A model generated the notes under the pieces. It did no database searches. It was not told the origin of the DNA and worked only from the letters and a program-made list of their open reading frames with translations. A stretch of 18,353 bases of DNA, from the NCBI GenBank assembly GCA_963977445.1, contig CAXBPH010000130.1, positions 1 to 18,353 of the forward strand, read 5' to 3'. Source of the DNA: an uncultured bacterium. GTDB taxonomy: Bacteria > Hydrogenedentota > Hydrogenedentia > Hydrogenedentales > JAEUWI01. Both the position numbers and the translations under genes were made by a program. Below, piece after piece: positions 1 to 7,503 of this stretch (positions are counted from its first letter, which is position 1; every line of letters starts with the position of its first letter).

Positions 1-278
1 CAGTTTTCTATGGGTTGGGCTGCTGTCGCCCGTTCCATGGTCGTGGAAAGCCCACGGTCATGGGGGCTCCGTACACACGAACTCACCTTTGGCGAGTCTT
101 CGACCGACGTTGTCGGATCGCGTGGCACGAAGAGTTGGTTGGGCGCGGGACGATTGGCGTAAACTGGTGGTGGAAATCGGAACTGGGCTCGCGTAGCTAC
201 GTATAGGGCCAACGGAGTAGTGTATACAGCGGCGGCACCGGAGATTGGGTCACCCCCTGTCGTAAAATGAGGTATACT

Positions 279-536
279 ATGCCTGAGATATCGCGTTTCC
301 TTGGAATTATCATCTACATGTACTACAAGGACCATTCACCCGCGCATTTCCATGCGGAATACGGTGAGTACACCATCACCGTGGAAATCGAATCGGGTGT
401 GGTACAAGGCAGGTTTCCTCGTCGAGCGCTTAACTTGGTCTTAGATTGGTATTCATACCACGAGCAAGAATTGATGCAAAACTGGGATCTCGCACTGGCC
501 CGAAAACCATTAAACAAAATCGAACCGTTGGAGTAG
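279..536 (+). CDS. DUF4160 family protein (putative toxin of a DhiTA-like type II TA pair)
   Basis: MPEISRFLGIIIYMYYKDHSPAHFHAEYGEY and the C-terminal ELMQNWDLA match the DUF4160 pattern (H-x-P-x-H-F-H). ATG 279 has GAGGT 5 nt upstream; the ORF track starts at 267. Confidence 0.85.
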   Translation: MPEISRFLGIIIYMYYKDHSPAHFHAEYGEYTITVEIESGVVQGRFPRRALNLVLDWYSYHEQELMQNWDLALARKPLNKIEPLE

Positions 537-540
537 TCAT

Positions 541-792
541 ATGATTCCGTGGATTATCCGTGCCGAATACGTCAAGGACTACCGCATTCATATAACGTTC
601 AACGACGGTGTCTCGGGGGAGATAGATTTTTCTAACGAGTTCGATGGGGAAATCTTTGAGCCGTTGATGAATAAGGCCTACTTCGCGAGTTTTCATATTG
701 AAGGGCACACGTTGGCGTGGGAAAACGGGGCCGATTTTGCGCCGGAATACTTGAGAGCACTACTGGGTGAAAATGTGAGCGCGGTACGCTGA
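541..792 (+). CDS. DUF2442 family protein (putative antitoxin)
   Basis: DYRIHITFNDGVSGEIDF...GEIFEPL...TLAWENGADFAPEYL is the typical DUF2442 signature. It starts 4 nt after the DUF4160 stop, with a GGAG RBS in the upstream gene end. Confidence 0.85.
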   Translation: MIPWIIRAEYVKDYRIHITFNDGVSGEIDFSNEFDGEIFEPLMNKAYFASFHIEGHTLAWENGADFAPEYLRALLGENVSAVR

Positions 793-873
793 ATGGCCCG
801 GCGCGTCAAGTGGTCTGTTGGCGCTATTCCTCCGCGTTGGCTTCGGAGAGTATCCACCCCAAGCTATGGCCGT

Positions 874-1125
874 TTACTTTGCCGTGTCAGACTCCTGCCA
901 AATACCGTCCCGGAATTCATACATTGTAGTTGGCGACGTGAGCGATACCGCTACACGGGGTCGTCCAGTGAACATTGTGCCTTCCGTGTCTACGGACACC
1001 CAATGTTGCTCCACCAAAATGGCGTGGCGTGCTGACTTGACCTCGTTCTCGATCTCCATTTGGTTGTAAGCGTTACTCAATGTTGGCGTTGCGCATAATA
1101 CCAGGAATCCCCATAATCTATTCAA
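874..1125 (-). CDS. possible small hypothetical protein (signal-peptide-like N-terminus if TTG 1125 is the start)
   Basis: Part of ORF 874..1299. From TTG 1125 it reads MNRLWGFLVLCATPTLSNA-YNQMEIENEV. No clear RBS and no recognised family. Confidence 0.2.
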   Translation of the reverse strand: MNRLWGFLVLCATPTLSNAYNQMEIENEVKSARHAILVEQHWVSVDTEGTMFTGRPRVAVSLTSPTTMYEFRDGIWQESDTAK

Positions 1126-1257
1126 TAGCGGTATTGAAAGGTTGAAACGCTCGTATTGGCTGTGGCAGGGGCGACTGAGGCCCACCGTGCTCCGGGCACA
1201 CGAATCAGCGTGGCACAATCGCGTGGCACAATTGTTTTTCCTCCGGCTCGCGCTAGC

Positions 1258-1286
1258 TGGAAATCTGCTTTTATTTTCAGTATAGT
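1258..1286 (+). promoter_or_regulatory. candidate sigma70 promoter of ruvAB (TGGAAA-N17-TATAGT) with a CTG-N10-CAG dyad in the spacer
   Basis: TGGAAA 1258-1263, 17-nt AT-rich spacer, TATAGT 1281-1286, 44 nt before the ruvA ATG. Confidence 0.4.
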
Positions 1287-1330
1287 GAGTGGCGTTCAAC
1301 CAAATAAATCACCAATGAGGCCCCCGACCC

Positions 1331-1936
1331 ATGTTTGCCTTTCTTCGTGGCACCGTAGCCATCAAATCGCTCGATCACATTGCCCTCGATGTGGGGGGGG
1401 TGGGTTATCAGGTGTCCGTTTCAGAACCGGTCTACCGCAAGCTTGCCATTCATCAGGAAGTGTTCCTCCTGACCTATTGCCACATCCGGGAGGAGTCGTT
1501 TCAGATATTCGGCTTCTTGAAGGAAGAGGAAAAGACCCTGTTCACCACCTTGTTGGGCATCAACAAGGTGGGGCCGAAAGTGGCCCTTGCGGTCCTTTCC
1601 GGCTTGTCGGTGCAGGCTTTTGGGCAGGCGGTGCTCGAAAACGATGTGAAAGCCTTCACAAAGATCTCCGGTATTGGCAAAGCCATGGGCCAGCGCATCG
1701 TCCTCGAGATGAAGACAAAACTCAAGCAGAACCCCGACCTGAACTCGATTATCGGCGAGCCCGAGGGTACGGACAGCGTCTCCGATGGTGACGATGCCTA
1801 TGAGGCTCTCCTATCTCTGGGGTGCACCCCCCAGGAAGCAAAAAAAGCGACCCTGGCCGCCCGGAAGAAGTTGGGGGACGGAGCCACCGATGAAGAGGTG
1901 GTCCGCGCTGCGCTACAATCGATGTCGAAGGTGTAA
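1331..1936 (+). CDS. ruvA: Holliday junction branch migration protein RuvA
   Basis: LDVGGVGYQV, HIREE...IFGF, LLGINKVGPKVALAVLS, two HhH motifs and C-terminal ALLSLG. Directly upstream of ruvB. Confidence 0.97.
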   Translation: MFAFLRGTVAIKSLDHIALDVGGVGYQVSVSEPVYRKLAIHQEVFLLTYCHIREESFQIFGFLKEEEKTLFTTLLGINKVGPKVALAVLSGLSVQAFGQAVLENDVKAFTKISGIGKAMGQRIVLEMKTKLKQNPDLNSIIGEPEGTDSVSDGDDAYEALLSLGCTPQEAKKATLAARKKLGDGATDEEVVRAALQSMSKV

Positions 1937-1942
1937 TTACCC

Positions 1943-2965
1943 ATGGCAAGCGACGAAACGATCAATCCCGAAATTCAAGGCGACGACACGCTCGCCGAGG
2001 AGCAAATCCGTCCCCAGCGGTTGGATGAGTTTCCTGGACAGGTGCCCCTTAAAGATAAATTGGCGATTGCCATTGCTGCGGCCAAGGGGCGCAACGAGCC
2101 ACTGGACCACATGCTCCTCAGCGGTCCGCCGGGATTGGGGAAGACCACCCTGGCCCGTATCCTGGCCAATGAAATGGGCGTTGATATCAAGCAGAGTTCC
2201 GGGCCGGTCATCGAACGTCAGGCTGATTTGTCGGCAATCCTGACCAGCCTGGAGTCCTTCGATGTTCTTTTCATCGACGAGATTCACCGGTTGAATCACG
2301 CGGTCGAAGAGACCCTCTACTCCGCCATGGAAGATTTTGAGGTCGATATCATGTTGGGCAAAGGGCCCACGGCCCGCTCCATGAAAATTGGCCTTAAACC
2401 CTTCACCCTCATTGGGGCCACGACCCGTTCCGGCCTGTTGACCCCGCCATTACGTGCCCGCTTCGGCGACACCTGCCGTTTCGAGTTCTACAGCCCGGCG
2501 GAACTGAAACATATTGTGTTGCGGGCCGCCCGCATTCTTGATGTGCCTATCGACGACGACGGTGCCCTCGAGATTGCGGCACGATCCCGGGGAACGGCCC
2601 GTGTGGCCAACCGTCTTCTTCGCCGTGTTCGAGACTATGCCCAGGTCAAGGGCGTAGGTATTATTACGCAGGAAATGGCCGATGCCGCTCTCGAATTGCT
2701 CCGCATCGACCGTCTGGGTCTGGACGATATGGACCGTAGTATCCTCCGAACCGCGATTGATAAATTTGGCGGTGGCCCGGTGGGGCTCTCCTCCCTTGCC
2801 GTGGCTGTGGGGGAAGAGCGTCAGACCCTCGAAGAGGTCCACGAACCCTATTTGATCCAACTCGGATTCATGAAGCGCACCCAGCAGGGCCGGGTCGCAA
2901 CCCCCCTGGCCTACAAGCATTTTGGCCTCAATACCCCGCAAACAATAGCCCCTGAGTTGTTTTAG
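1943..2965 (+). CDS. ruvB: Holliday junction branch migration DNA helicase RuvB
   Basis: IRPQRLDEF, Walker [10 protein letters not shown], Walker [38 protein letters not shown]. Confidence 0.98.
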   Translation: MASDETINPEIQGDDTLAEEQIRPQRLDEFPGQVPLKDKLAIAIAAAKGRNEPLDHMLLSGPPGLGKTTLARILANEMGVDIKQSSGPVIERQADLSAILTSLESFDVLFIDEIHRLNHAVEETLYSAMEDFEVDIMLGKGPTARSMKIGLKPFTLIGATTRSGLLTPPLRARFGDTCRFEFYSPAELKHIVLRAARILDVPIDDDGALEIAARSRGTARVANRLLRRVRDYAQVKGVGIITQEMADAALELLRIDRLGLDDMDRSILRTAIDKFGGGPVGLSSLAVAVGEERQTLEEVHEPYLIQLGFMKRTQQGRVATPLAYKHFGLNTPQTIAPELF

Positions 2966-3241
2966 ATACGGGCCTTCCCGCATAATGGAGCAAGTACTGG
3001 TGTGTGCTACGCGTCCGTCGGGGACCATTGAAATTGTGGACGCGATCCGCCCGAGTCAGACCCATTCATGGCGACCTTTCTTTCGGCTTTCCTGCCGCAC
3101 CCGGTCAAATCGCAAGCAAAATCAGATGCAGTTCACGCAGTAGCAGGTATTGTCTAGATGTCCACCACGGATCTAGAATGGGTCTCCGATTTCGATTGAC
3201 TTCTTACCGAACCAACCAACGCCCCTGGAAGGAACGACCTC

Positions 3242-4648
3242 ATGAAAGAAGATATTAACAGCACCCTTCAAAAGGCGCTGGAGATCAATCTCGACCCCCA
3301 TAAGTACGGCACGATTGCCGAAATTGGTGCGGGTCAGGAGATTGCGCGATTCTTTTTTCAGGCGGGCGGCGCGGCTGGCACGCTGGCAAAAACCATGTCG
3401 GCCTACGACATGCAATTCAGCGATGCTATCTATGGGGAAGAAGAGAATGGGCGCTACGTAAGCCGCAGTCGCCTGGAAAAAATGCTGGAGAAAGAATTTC
3501 GCTTGTTGGGCGAACGCATTCGCGATTCCCGGCCGAAAAACAGCTGTTTTTTTGCCATCGCCGATACCGTTAAGGCAGCCGGCTATAAGATCCGTGGTCA
3601 TTGTCATGGTTGGTTGGGCATTCGGGCTCAGCTCTATCCCGGTGCGCCGCCCAGCGATATTATTCTCCACGTGCGCATGCTCGACAACTCCAATCGCCAG
3701 CAGCAGTTTGCTCTGGGTGTATTGGGGGTTAATTTGATCTACGGTGCCTTTAATTACTACCGAAATCCGGAGCAATTGGTTGAATCCCTCTCCGACAATC
3801 TGGAACCGGGCCGCATCGAAATTAACATGATTAATTTTCAGGGGCCCTACTTCGACGATGTGGACAACCGGCTCATGGCGTTGCACCTCGTGAAGTCGGG
3901 TATGACCGGCGCGGTCATGTTCTCACCCGATGGTGACGTGCTACCGCCCTCCGACGTGCTCTATAAGAAAAACTGCCTCGTTTTTCGAGGAAGTTTCCGC
4001 CCCATTACCAACGTGAACATGGATATGGCACGTTGCGGTAAGGAGCGGTTTCTTGCCGAAGATGAGATAGATGGTGACCGCACCGTGTTGCTGGCCGAAT
4101 TAACCATGGCCAACCTGATGAACGACGGGGATATTGACACCCAGGACTTTCTGGCCCGCGTCGATATGCTCGGTGATCAGGGCTTCACCGTGCTCATATC
4201 CAATTACCTGCGCTTTTTCCGGCTTCGAAGTTATCTCAACGAGTTTACCAAGCGGAAAATCGGTATTGTCCTCGGGGTACCCAATATTCAGGACATTTTC
4301 AACGAAAAGTACTACACCGACCTGGAAGGGGGCATTCTCGAAGCCTTCGGAAAGCTCTTCTCCGGAAACATTCGTCTTTATGTCTATCCGGTTCTCGGGG
4401 AAGATGGCGAGCTGATTTGCCTCGACAATATTCGGGTGGGCAACCAGGTCCGCCTCTTATTGCGGCATCTCGTAGAAAACGGTTGTATTGTGCCCCTCGA
4501 TGGCGCAAGCAAAGAAGTCCTTCACATCCAATCCCGTGATGTTCTTAAGTCCATTCGACAGGGCCGGGAAGACTGGAAAGACGCTGTACCCGAAGACGTC
4601 TACGAAACCATCGTCAGCAAGGGCCTCTTTAATTTCGATTCGGAGTAA
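3242..4648 (+). CDS. conserved protein with a CinA/PncC-like N-terminal half and a NadD/nucleotidyltransferase-like C-terminal half
   Basis: N-terminal KALEINLD..YGTIAEIGAGQEIARFFFQAGGAAGTLAKTMSAYDM. Central VFRGSFRPITNVN resembles GSFxPxHxGH. C-terminal HIQSRDVLKSIRQG...VPEDVYETIVSKGLF resembles the NadD ISST...VP...I...GLY tail. RBS AAGGA upstream. Confidence 0.7.
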   Translation: MKEDINSTLQKALEINLDPHKYGTIAEIGAGQEIARFFFQAGGAAGTLAKTMSAYDMQFSDAIYGEEENGRYVSRSRLEKMLEKEFRLLGERIRDSRPKNSCFFAIADTVKAAGYKIRGHCHGWLGIRAQLYPGAPPSDIILHVRMLDNSNRQQQFALGVLGVNLIYGAFNYYRNPEQLVESLSDNLEPGRIEINMINFQGPYFDDVDNRLMALHLVKSGMTGAVMFSPDGDVLPPSDVLYKKNCLVFRGSFRPITNVNMDMARCGKERFLAEDEIDGDRTVLLAELTMANLMNDGDIDTQDFLARVDMLGDQGFTVLISNYLRFFRLRSYLNEFTKRKIGIVLGVPNIQDIFNEKYYTDLEGGILEAFGKLFSGNIRLYVYPVLGEDGELICLDNIRVGNQVRLLLRHLVENGCIVPLDGASKEVLHIQSRDVLKSIRQGREDWKDAVPEDVYETIVSKGLFNFDSE

Positions 4649-4722
4649 AGGGCGTTTGTGCGGTTGGCGGACCTTATTACGCCTGTACGTTGGCACGTAT
4701 TTCTGGTTCACACCAGAATCGG

Positions 4723-5079
4723 CTAAAAGGGTAACTCGTCGGTCGGCGTGAAATGATAGGTTTCGGGCTCATCGGGTTCCCAGCGAAAGACGGCGAGATC
4801 ACACCGGTCATCCGCGCCAAACAGCACGCCCTCCTCATCGAGCAATTCATACTGCAACGAAGGCCGTCCAGAATCCCCTCGAGCGCTCACCCCACCGCGA
4901 CTATTGATGACGCGCTGCCACGGCACGTCACTGCCCTCTTCGAGGGCGCGAAGGGCATAGCCTACGGCCCGTGCGGCCCGGGGCGCGCCAAGTATCGTCG
5001 CAATCTGCCCGTAGGTCATGACGCGGCCCGACGGGATATCTCGGACCAGGGTGTAGACGGCATCGTAGAAGTTGGGCAT
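4723..5079 (-). CDS. MGMT-family alkyltransferase-like protein (Atl/YbaZ type)
   Basis: MPNFYDAVYTLVRDIPSGRVMTYGQIA...AARAVGYAL...VPWQRVINSRG; Trp occupies the catalytic Cys position of PCHRV. The start was moved to ATG 5079 because the longer ORF extension does not resemble the family. Confidence 0.9.
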   Translation of the reverse strand: MPNFYDAVYTLVRDIPSGRVMTYGQIATILGAPRAARAVGYALRALEEGSDVPWQRVINSRGGVSARGDSGRPSLQYELLDEEGVLFGADDRCDLAVFRWEPDEPETYHFTPTDELPF

Positions 5080-5308
5080 GACAAAAAGGCTCGTGGCGTG
5101 GTGCCTGGGGAAAGTCCGATGTTTTGCACGGTGGATCGCTCTCAAACCATACGACGGGTGTGGCTGTTGGTGCAACCCTGGATTCAACGTCCAAGTGAAA
5201 TGCGTCGTTGATACTACTGTTTTCGTTGTTTCCCTATTGCCGGGCAGATAGTGGGGCGTTGATAGTTTCGTTAACCTGCCCACCGTTAAAAGCAGTGTTC
5301 CACGGTGC

Positions 5309-5337
5309 CACCCGATCCGGTATTCCCGGTTCGGGTG
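5309..5337. repeat. GC-rich intergenic hairpin
   Basis: CACCCGA-t-CCGG-tattc-CCGG-t-TCGGGTG: 11 bp of pairing with one T-T mismatch and no U-tract. Confidence 0.45.
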
Positions 5338-5655
5338 ACTTGGGCGAGGCTCCTGACGGGCTTGACGGGGCTATACGATAACCTTGTTCGTCAGCGTTGG
5401 CCGAAGGGTGAAAGGGTAAACCATGCTACGGTTATGTGTTCCCAAGTCATCCGTCCTTCCGGGTCAAGGCACCCGAACGCTTTCGGCAGGACGTGTGCCG
5501 ATTGCACCTGTTTTAAGACAACGGGATATCCCAACGTGTCCATTCTGAAAGCAGAGCGCGATCGGGTGGCACGTCGGCGAGACCACGAAAAAGGTAGGCC
5601 GTCGGTTGTTGCACGTAGTTTGTGAACCTGCAACCCTGCGTTGCCCACAGGTCAC

Positions 5656-5684
5656 TTGGCATTTGAAACTTTCCCCACTATAAT
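5656..5684 (+). promoter_or_regulatory. sigma70-type promoter for the sugar oxidoreductase operon
   Basis: TTGGCA (5656-5661), 17 nt, perfect TATAAT (5679-5684); about 140 nt before ATG 5825. Confidence 0.7.
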
Positions 5685-5824
5685 GGACCGATGCGTTTGC
5701 TACGGATTTCTGGAACATGGGCCCGTGCGAACCTGACGTAAGATGAAGGAAAGAATATAGTTCATACGTACGGGTGTGGCTCGACTGTGCCCGCGACAAG
5801 ACCTACGACGAAGGAGAGAACGGA

Positions 5825-6994
5825 ATGGCGAAGAAGAAACTCAACGTGGCCCTCATCGGCACGAAATTCATGGGCAAAGCCCACAGTAATGCTTTCCGCC
5901 AGGTCAGCCACTTTTTTGATCTGCCCGCCGAGCCGGTTATGAAGGTCATCTGTGGTAGCGACCCTAAGGGTACTCAGGAAGCGGCCGACCAGATGGGCTG
6001 GGAAGAAGCCAGCACGGACTGGAAGAAGACGGTTGCCCGGGAGGACATCGATATCGTAAGCATCGCGTCGCCTGGTTACCTTCATGCGCCCATGGCCATC
6101 GAAGCGGCGAAACAGGGTAAGCACGTCATCTGCGAGAAGCCCCTGGCCAACACCCTTAAAGAAGCGCAGGACATGCTCAAGGCGGTCGAGAAGGCCGGCG
6201 TGCAGAACATGTGCGGATTTACCTACCGCTTCAATCCCGCCATCGCCACCATTAAAAACATGATTCAAAAGGGCGAACTGGGCGAAATCTTCCACTACCG
6301 CGGATGCTACCTCCAGGATTGGATCGTGGATCCCGAATTTCCGGTCAACTGGCGCCTGAAGAAGAAGACGGCCGGCTCCGGTGCGTTGGGCGACATTGGT
6401 GCCCACACGATCGACATGGCCCAGAACCTTATCGGTGACATTGCCGAAGTGAGTGCCACGCTCCAGACCTTCATCACCAAGCGGCCCCTTGAAGAAGGCC
6501 AGGCCACCATCGCCAACAAAAAGACATCGGCCGGCAAAAAGAAAATGGGCACGGTCGATGTGGACGACGCCGCCATCGTTATCGCCCGCTTCAAGGGCTG
6601 CAACACCCTGGCTACTTTCGAAGCGACCCGTTTTGCTCCGGGACGTCGTAATTTCCACGGCCTGGAAATCTATGGCAGCAAGGGCAGTGTCATCTGGAAC
6701 CAGGAAGACATGCACAAGTTCCAGTATTACGATATCGCCGACGACGGCCTGAAGCAGGGTTTCCGGACCATCCACGCCACGGACCCCGGTCATCCTTATA
6801 CGGACGCCTGGTGGCCCAGTGCCCACAACATCGGCTACGAACACCTGTTTACCCACGAAGTCTATGAGTTCATTTCCCAGCTGAAGAAGAAGAAAGTCAC
6901 CTACCCGACCTTCGCTGATGGCGTTCAGTGCCAGAAAGTCCTCGACGCGGTAGAGAAGTCTTCTTCAAGCAAGAAGTGGGTCAACGTTAAATAG
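5825..6994 (+). CDS. Gfo/Idh/MocA family NAD-dependent oxidoreductase (levoglucosan-dehydrogenase-like subfamily)
   Basis: LNVALIGTKFMGKAHS Rossmann start, GKHVICEKPLA, YLQDW...WR...AGSGALGDIGAHTID, DVDD, EATR, HPY..AWWP...IGYE. AAGGAG RBS at 5811-5816. Confidence 0.92.
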   Translation: MAKKKLNVALIGTKFMGKAHSNAFRQVSHFFDLPAEPVMKVICGSDPKGTQEAADQMGWEEASTDWKKTVAREDIDIVSIASPGYLHAPMAIEAAKQGKHVICEKPLANTLKEAQDMLKAVEKAGVQNMCGFTYRFNPAIATIKNMIQKGELGEIFHYRGCYLQDWIVDPEFPVNWRLKKKTAGSGALGDIGAHTIDMAQNLIGDIAEVSATLQTFITKRPLEEGQATIANKKTSAGKKKMGTVDVDDAAIVIARFKGCNTLATFEATRFAPGRRNFHGLEIYGSKGSVIWNQEDMHKFQYYDIADDGLKQGFRTIHATDPGHPYTDAWWPSAHNIGYEHLFTHEVYEFISQLKKKKVTYPTFADGVQCQKVLDAVEKSSSSKKWVNVK

Positions 6995-7027
6995 TGCGGC
7001 AAAACTATAACGTGAGGGAGTTGCAGC

Positions 7028-7255
7028 ATGGGTCCGTTTGAGATTGGAATGATTCTAGTCAGTTTGGCGGTGTACCCCCTTTTATTTGCAGGGGCGCTTT
7101 TCCTTATACGGTATGTTTTCGATATGAAGAAACGACTTGCTATCAGGGAAGAAGAGCTTGCTGTGAAGAAGCGGTATGCTGAACAGGGTGACGAAGCCAT
7201 TGCATTGCTGAAGTCTATCAACGAGAACTTGGCCCATCGCACCAGCAAGAACTAG
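7028..7255 (+). CDS. small single-pass membrane protein with a charged coiled-coil-like tail
   Basis: GAGGGAG RBS at 7014-7020. Hydrophobic stretch IGMILVSLAVYPLLFAGALFLI followed by a charged helix. Confidence 0.65.
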   Translation: MGPFEIGMILVSLAVYPLLFAGALFLIRYVFDMKKRLAIREEELAVKKRYAEQGDEAIALLKSINENLAHRTSKN

Positions 7256-7357
7256 CGTTAACCCCCATTCCCAGGCAGCGCCTGGTAATGAAGAAAATTA
7301 AAACATCACACATCATACGGCTACGAACCGAACGCGAGAAACGGTAGTTCCGCTGCG

Positions 7358-7433
7358 TCTCAGGGACGGCAGGGACTACAGAGACAGCAGGAAAAGTTAC
7401 CTGCTGTCCCTGCCGTCTCTGTCGTCCCTGAGA
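7358..7433. repeat. 34-bp imperfect inverted repeat made of tandem 9-mers (CAGRGACNN)
   Basis: Arms 7358-7391 and 7400-7433 with loop AAAAGTTA. On the + strand this gives 29 Watson-Crick pairs, 2 G-U pairs and 3 mismatches. Confidence 0.85.
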
Positions 7434-7503
7434 ACCTGCGAAAATACCCTATGACAACATTGCCCGCCGTGAAGGCATCAAACGACAACGAAGGAGAATG
7501 ACC

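Noticed and set aside
1..230. possible ruvC 3' end or other gene at the window start
   Set aside because: The translations I read show no RuvC motif or any recognisable family.
1211..1240. TGGCAC as a sigma54 -24 element
   Set aside because: Neither copy has TTGC at the -12 position.
3242..4648. TonB-dependent receptor label for the 468-aa protein
   Set aside because: No signal peptide, too short, and an alpha/beta pattern rather than a beta-barrel.
5229..5430. cobalamin or c-di-GMP riboswitch (AATAGGGAA on minus; GGTGAAAGGG and GGGTAAACC on plus)
   Set aside because: Only isolated words match; the remaining conserved boxes are missing.
5305..5625. 106-aa ORF containing CADCTC
   Set aside because: No RBS, atypical composition and no family resemblance.
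5762..6856. 364-aa minus-strand ORF
   Set aside because: Antisense shadow of the Gfo/Idh/MocA gene, expected with strong GC3 bias.
7288..7347. 19-aa ORF MKKIKTSHIIRLRTEREKR as a leader peptide
   Set aside because: No RBS and no informative codon run.
7358..7433. CRISPR array or terminator
   Set aside because: The 9-nt units have no spacers, there are no cas genes, and no U-tract follows the stem.
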